Below are positions 24,303-29,035 of a DNA stretch of 29,035 nucleotides, one piece after another. Within the stretch, counting starts at the first letter, position 1. The number at the start of each line of letters is the position of its first letter. Where the stretch lies: assembly GCA_023136205.1 (NCBI GenBank), contig JAGLRQ010000019.1:1-29035 (forward strand), given 5' to 3'. Made by a program: the position numbers and the translations under genes. The notes below the pieces were generated by a model, which saw nothing but the letters and a program-made list of their open reading frames with translations, made no database searches and had not been told where the DNA came from. This stretch comes from Candidatus Auribacterota bacterium. Its GTDB lineage: Bacteria > Auribacterota > UBA6266.

Positions 24303-26005
24303 GATGGCTCTATCCGGAAGTAGATGAAGCTAAAGCCCGAGAGCTTTCTTACAGATGTAAGTTTTCACCGCTTTTTTCGAAACTCCTTCTTCGTATCGGG
24401 TTAACATCCGAAGAGGACGTAGAACAATTCATTTCACCCTCGTTGAAGAATCTATCGGATCCCTATATTCTGAACGGAACGCGGAGCGCCGCTCAGAGAA
24501 TAATAAAAGCGGTAAAAGAGAAAGAGAAGATAGCGGTCTACGGGGATTACGATGTAGATGGGATTACGGCTACAGCTTTGCTCATCAGGCTTTTAAATCA
24601 GGCCGGTTCTGATTGTTTCTTTTTTATTCCCAACAGATTTGATGAAGGTTATGGAATTAACGAAGACGCGGCTAAAGAGATTGTATCCAGGGGAGCGCGC
24701 CTTGTCATAAGTGTTGACTGCGGAATTAAAGCCTTCGGCCCGGATGAGATTTTTGCCTCTTCGGGTGTGGATTTTATTCTTACCGATCATCATGAACCTT
24801 CCGATTCTATTCCTCGCTGTTTTTCTGTGATCAATCCAAAGCTTCAGGCTGATTTGCAAGATACGAGAAACCTTGCCGGTGTGGGTGTCGCTTTCAAGCT
24901 GGCGCATGCAATAGTTAAATACGCGAAGGAAACAGGGGAGAAGAGTTTTAATGATGTGGACTTAAGAGAATTTTTGGACCTTGTAGCTCTTGGTACTGTT
25001 GCGGATATTGTTCCACTTACCGGTGAAAACAGAATTCTTACCTTTCATGGATTAAAAAAACTTGAGAATTCATCAAACAGGGGAATCATCAGTTTGATAG
25101 ATATCCTGGGCCTTAAAAAGCCTTTTAAAAGCTACGATATCAGTTTCAGGATAGGCCCCGTTCTTAACGCTGCCGGAAGAATTGAAGATGCCAATAAATG
25201 TGTTGAACTTCTTGTATGTCACGATAAAAAACAGGCGGTTGAAATTTCAGGGATTTTACAACAGCATAATATTTGTAGAAGAGGAGTAGAAAAATCCATT
25301 GTTGATGAAGCTGTGCAGCTGGTTAATAAATTAAAGGAAAGGAGTTTGTTAGGCAAGGCAATTGTATTAAAAAACGAAAAATGGTCAACAGGTGTAATCG
25401 GCATTGCCGCTTCAAAAATCTCCAAGCTTTTTCACAGGCCGACAATTATATTCGGCAGGGAAAAAGATTTGTGGAAAGGTTCCGCCAGGAGCATAGAGGG
25501 TTTTAATTTAATAGAGGCCCTGCGGCTTTTTGAGGATTATTTTGAGTCTTACGGGGGCCATGAAATGGCCGCGGGGCTTTCCGTTTCGAAAAACAACTAT
25601 AAACGTTTTAAAGAAAATTTTGAGGATTATGCTGATAAAAAAATATCCGAAGAATCTTTGATTCCATGCATGAACGTGTCTGCTGTCGCGGAGCATAGTG
25701 AAATAAACGAAGATTTCGCGAGTGAACTCAAATCAATGGAACCATTCGGTTCGAAAAATCCCGAGCCTTTGATTGTTGTAAAAAATGTTAAATTAGCCGC
25801 GGATGCGGGTATTGTTGCCGGAGAGCATCTAAAGTTCAGGGTTTCGCTGAACGGCAGGATGTTTGACTGTATAGCTTTTGGCAAAGCGCGGGAGTTTAGC
25901 GGGTTGAAAAAAGGAAGCCTTCTGAACCTGGCCATAAGAATACGGGAAGACAATTATTTAAATAGACACAGAATACAATTCGTAGTGCAGGATATAAAGA
26001 ATTAA
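24299..26005 (+). CDS. recJ: Single-stranded-DNA-specific exonuclease RecJ
   Basis: DHH-family motifs GDYDVDGITA, SVDCG, TDHHEP, GTVADIVPL and GGHEMAAG. Its ATG overlaps the secDF stop (ATGA at 24299-24302). Confidence 0.93.
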   Translation: MRWLYPEVDEAKARELSYRCKFSPLFSKLLLRIGLTSEEDVEQFISPSLKNLSDPYILNGTRSAAQRIIKAVKEKEKIAVYGDYDVDGITATALLIRLLNQAGSDCFFFIPNRFDEGYGINEDAAKEIVSRGARLVISVDCGIKAFGPDEIFASSGVDFILTDHHEPSDSIPRCFSVINPKLQADLQDTRNLAGVGVAFKLAHAIVKYAKETGEKSFNDVDLREFLDLVALGTVADIVPLTGENRILTFHGLKKLENSSNRGIISLIDILGLKKPFKSYDISFRIGPVLNAAGRIEDANKCVELLVCHDKKQAVEISGILQQHNICRRGVEKSIVDEAVQLVNKLKERSLLGKAIVLKNEKWSTGVIGIAASKISKLFHRPTIIFGREKDLWKGSARSIEGFNLIEALRLFEDYFESYGGHEMAAGLSVSKNNYKRFKENFEDYADKKISEESLIPCMNVSAVAEHSEINEDFASELKSMEPFGSKNPEPLIVVKNVKLAADAGIVAGEHLKFRVSLNGRMFDCIAFGKAREFSGLKKGSLLNLAIRIREDNYLNRHRIQFVVQDIKN

Positions 26006-26229
26006 TATTTTTTTACCTTACCCGCGCTCAGGCACTTGGCACATACCTTTATCGTCTTTACGGTCTTATTTACAACTGCTTTTACGTTCTGCAGGTTAGG
26101 GGTAAAGACACGCTTTGTATTGCCGGTTATCTTTTTTCCTACCCCGCCTTTTTTCTTTGCGAGGCCTCTTCTTGTAATTGTCCTGCCTGTTTTTGGGCCC
26201 TTACCGCATATTTCACAAACTTTAGACAT
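26002..26229 (-). CDS. rpmB: 50S ribosomal protein L28 (zinc-ribbon, Cys-containing form)
   Basis: I start at the MSKVCEICGK ATG (26227-26229), preceded by GGAGG, not at the longer track ORF. The protein has ...TGNTKRVFTPNLQ... and cysteine pairs CEIC / CAKC. Its stop overlaps the recJ stop. Confidence 0.9.
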   Translation of the reverse strand: MSKVCEICGKGPKTGRTITRRGLAKKKGGVGKKITGNTKRVFTPNLQNVKAVVNKTVKTIKVCAKCLSAGKVKKY

Positions 26230-26272
26230 TTTTATTCCTCCAAAGAATATTTTCATTTTTAAAATTCGCAAA

Positions 26273-26300
26273 ATTATAGCACAGGGAAAAAGGGATGCAA
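26273..26300 (-). promoter_or_regulatory. Candidate rpmB promoter with extended -10
   Basis: On the minus strand: TTGCAT (26295-26300), a 16-nt spacer ending in TGC, then TATAAT (26273-26278). Confidence 0.5.
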
Positions 26301-26368
26301 GAAGAATTTTTGGGTTTTATAATTTATCTCTGTAAAAAGTTATGTCAATTCTGTTAAATTAGAGCGGT

Positions 26369-28423
26369 ATGAAAAACTCTTTACAAGATGAAGTCCGGTA
26401 TTTAAAAGGGGTTGGCCCCGAAAGGGCGAAACTGCTTAACAGCCTGGGCATAGAGGTTACCTCAGACTTACTTAATTATGCGCCAAGGCGGTATGAAGAC
26501 AGATCAAACTTTCGGAAGATAGGCGGCGTTAAAGAAGGCGAACATGTAACAATAGAAGGGGAGGTAAAAGCTTCGGGCCTGCGGAGAGCCCGCGCCAGAA
26601 TGGAATTTGTTACAGTTGCCTTTACGGATGGGACGGGAACTATCTACGGTGTCTGGTTCAACCAGCCTTATATGAAAGATCTTTTTAAAATCGGGCAGAC
26701 AGTAATTTTAAGCGGTAAAGTGACAAAGTATAAGAAGCTGCAGTTGCAAAACCCGGAATATGAAATAGTCCTGGATGAGCAATATGACCTGATAAACACG
26801 GGGCGGATAGTTCCGATCTACCCGCTTACTGAAGGAATATCACAGAGGGTTATAAGACGGATAGTAAAAAACTGCCTGGATTCGTATCTCGATTTAATAG
26901 AGGATCCGGTTTCTGAATCAGTTAAATCCAGAAGGTCTCTTATGGATTTAAAAGATGCTTACTATAACCTTCATTTTCCCGAGTCTGTGCAAAAAGCCAA
27001 AGATGCCCTCAACTGCCTGGCTTTTTATGAATTGTTACTTCTTGAGTTGTTTATTCTCGGCCGCCGTAAAAGTGAAGCTAAAAAGGCCGGGGGGGTTTCA
27101 CATAATATTGAAGGAAGATTAATAGCCGATTTTATAAAATCACTGCCTTTTAAACTTACACAGTCTCAGCTCAAGGCTCTCGTGGCCATTAAGAGGGATA
27201 TGGCAAACTGCGGGAGGATGAATCGTTTGCTCCAGGGCGATGTAGGGTGTGGCAAAACAGTTGTGGCGGCGTGTGCGGTGCTTATTGCCGTTCAGAGCGG
27301 AAGGCAGGCCGCATTCATGGCTCCTACGGAAATACTTGCTGAACAGCATTATAAGGCGCTTAAAAACCTGCTAGGTAAACCGGGAATAAAAACGTGTTTG
27401 GTAAAGGGCGCAATGAAGGAATCGGATAAGAAAAAGGTACTGAGAGACATTTCTTCAGGAAGTGCGGATTTAATTGTAGGAACGCATGCACTTATACAGG
27501 AAGCAGTTACGTACAAAAGCTTAAGTTTATGCATTATTGATGAGCAGCACAAATTCGGTGTTGTTCAAAGGGAAAAACTTATTAAAAAGGGGGTTTTTCC
27601 GGATACGCTGGTAATGACCGCGACTCCTATACCAAGGACACTTGCAATTACGGTTTACGGTGATATGGATGTATCGGTTATTGATGAAATGCCCGCGGGA
27701 AGAATCCCTGTAAAAACATACGCGGTGAAAAGTGGAAAATTGCGGAGTGCTTACAATTTTATAAAAAAACAGGTGTCGCTTGGAGGTCAGGCTTATATTA
27801 TATATCCGCTTGTAGAGGAATCTGAAAAATTAAGCCTTAAGTCGGCTGCGAAAATGTATAAAGAACTTTCTCAAGGGTGTTTTAAAGAATTAAAAACCGG
27901 GATGATTCATGGAAGGATCCCCGCTCAGGAGAAAGAAAGAATAATGGATTTATTCAATAAAAATATAACAAAGATATTGATTTCCACAAGTGTTATAGAG
28001 GTAGGCATAGACAATCCCCGGGCAACCGTAATGCTTATAGAACATGCTGAACGTTTTGGTTTGTCCCAACTGCATCAGTTAAGAGGCAGAGTCGGAAGGG
28101 GGAAAATGCAGTCGTACTGTATCTTGTGCTCGGATTCGAATTCCGAAGAATCTGTCAAAAGGGCAAAAGCAATGGTAAAGACAAATGACGGGTTTAAACT
28201 TGCGGATCTTGACCTTAAAATGCGCGGCCCCGGTGAGTTTTCCGGGACCAGACAGCATGGCGTATCAGACCTTAGGATTGCCGATATAGTAAGAGATAAG
28301 TCGATTTTAAGGCTGGCCCGTTCTGATGCTAAACTGATTTTAAAGCAAAATAAAGACGAATATAAAAAGCTTATTGAAGCGGCTGAAGGAAGGTTTAGTG
28401 AGGGTAATAAGCGGGACAGCTAA
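26369..28423 (+). CDS. recG: ATP-dependent DNA helicase RecG
   Basis: LKGVGPERAKLL...APRRYEDRS wedge-domain start, Walker A GDVGCGKT, DEQHKFG box, TATPIPRTL and QLRGRVGRG. Confidence 0.95.
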   Translation: MKNSLQDEVRYLKGVGPERAKLLNSLGIEVTSDLLNYAPRRYEDRSNFRKIGGVKEGEHVTIEGEVKASGLRRARARMEFVTVAFTDGTGTIYGVWFNQPYMKDLFKIGQTVILSGKVTKYKKLQLQNPEYEIVLDEQYDLINTGRIVPIYPLTEGISQRVIRRIVKNCLDSYLDLIEDPVSESVKSRRSLMDLKDAYYNLHFPESVQKAKDALNCLAFYELLLLELFILGRRKSEAKKAGGVSHNIEGRLIADFIKSLPFKLTQSQLKALVAIKRDMANCGRMNRLLQGDVGCGKTVVAACAVLIAVQSGRQAAFMAPTEILAEQHYKALKNLLGKPGIKTCLVKGAMKESDKKKVLRDISSGSADLIVGTHALIQEAVTYKSLSLCIIDEQHKFGVVQREKLIKKGVFPDTLVMTATPIPRTLAITVYGDMDVSVIDEMPAGRIPVKTYAVKSGKLRSAYNFIKKQVSLGGQAYIIYPLVEESEKLSLKSAAKMYKELSQGCFKELKTGMIHGRIPAQEKERIMDLFNKNITKILISTSVIEVGIDNPRATVMLIEHAERFGLSQLHQLRGRVGRGKMQSYCILCSDSNSEESVKRAKAMVKTNDGFKLADLDLKMRGPGEFSGTRQHGVSDLRIADIVRDKSILRLARSDAKLILKQNKDEYKKLIEAAEGRFSEGNKRDS

Positions 28424-28961
28424 AGGTATAACACTTGAAGCTCCAAGAGGGAGTCTTGTCAGGCCTACTCTGGACAGGGTTAAGGAAACAATATTCAATG
28501 TAATAGCAAAGGCTGTTAATGGCGCGAACGCGCTTGATTTGTTCGCGGGCACCGGCCAGTTAGGCATTGAAGCGTTGAGCAGGGAGGCTAATGCTTGCGT
28601 TTTTGTAGAAAGATCCGGACAAGTTGTAAAAATCCTAAAATCAAACCTTGAAAAAACTTCGCTGGCCGGCAATGCTCATATTTTGAAATGTGACGTTTTT
28701 GAAGCACTGAATATCCTAAAAGCAGGAGAAAATAAATTTGACATAGTTTTTGCGGATCCTCCTTACGCGGGAAATTTTTTCAAAAAAACAAATCTGTTGA
28801 AAAGCGGTCTGCTGTGTGATATCATGACGAGAAATTCCCTTTTTATCGTAGAGCATATTAAGGAACTTGCCATTGATCCCGGAGGGGGATTTGAATTAAG
28901 AAGGAAACTTGATTTTGGCCAGACAGGAGTAAGTGTTTTAAAAAGGAAGTATGATGAATAA
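28398..28961 (+). CDS. rsmD: 16S rRNA (guanine966-N2)-methyltransferase RsmD
   Basis: RVISGTAKG...[32 protein letters not shown] and VFADPPY. I chose the GTG at 28398 (after GAAGGAAGG) because it gives the canonical N-terminus. The track start at 28374 is a TTG and remains possible. Confidence 0.85.
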   Translation: MRVISGTAKGITLEAPRGSLVRPTLDRVKETIFNVIAKAVNGANALDLFAGTGQLGIEALSREANACVFVERSGQVVKILKSNLEKTSLAGNAHILKCDVFEALNILKAGENKFDIVFADPPYAGNFFKKTNLLKSGLLCDIMTRNSLFIVEHIKELAIDPGGGFELRRKLDFGQTGVSVLKRKYDE

Positions 28962-29035
28962 GAAAGCTATTTATGCCGGAAGTTTTGACCCGATAACGTA
29001 TGGACATATTGATGTTATCCATAGAGCCTCGAAGA
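28951..29035 (+). CDS. coaD: Phosphopantetheine adenylyltransferase, 5' end (runs off the window)
   Basis: It translates to [28 protein letters not shown], which contains the GSFDP..GH nucleotidyltransferase motif. It overlaps the rsmD stop. rsmD-coaD is a widely conserved gene pair. Confidence 0.85.
   Translation, partial: MMNKKAIYAGSFDPITYGHIDVIHRASK

Noticed and set aside
26002-26005. The overlap of the convergent recJ and rpmB stop codons as a regulatory feature
   Set aside because: It is a 3-4 nt tail-to-tail overlap in a compact genome. That is common and not evidence of regulation on its own.
26230-26271. The longer rpmB start (MRILKMKIFFGGIK...)
   Set aside because: The extension would cover the GGAGG RBS. 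The canonical L28 N-terminus (MSKVC..) begins at 26229.

Overview
Chromosomal segment of a low-GC bacterium, with housekeeping genes on both sides of one accessory cassette. Left flank: a nucleotide-sugar operon (ugd 3' end, a UDP-N-acetylhexosamine 6-dehydrogenase-family gene, an SDR epimerase, a DegT aminotransferase) with a family-4 uracil-DNA glycosylase attached. This is followed by a convergent TPR-PilZ protein, a secreted repeat protein of unknown function, and priA. Right flank: tgt-yajC-secDF-recJ, rpmB on the minus strand, recG, rsmD and the coaD 5' end. The accessory cassette (about 10.2-19.9 kb) lies between priA and tgt and has four co-directional, tightly packed genes. (1) A signal-peptide protein made only of carbohydrate-binding modules: CBM4_9-like, three tandem F5/8 type C (discoidin) repeats, and malectin. 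(2) A signal-peptide RHS/YD-repeat protein of roughly 1960 aa, split into two ORFs by a +1 frame change near 15898-15918. It ends in the RHS core motif DPLGL followed by a 223-aa C-terminal domain in which I see no known toxin motif. (3) A 199-aa ORF whose ATG overlaps the RHS stop (ATGA), which I take as the candidate immunity gene. (4) A multi-pass membrane protein. The window contains no PAAR, VgrG, T6SS, T7SS or Tc-toxin A/B component. The lectin + Sec-dependent RHS + unassigned toxin/immunity module is therefore the best candidate for an undescribed system. All domain calls come from motif recognition by eye in the supplied translations. No database search was run.
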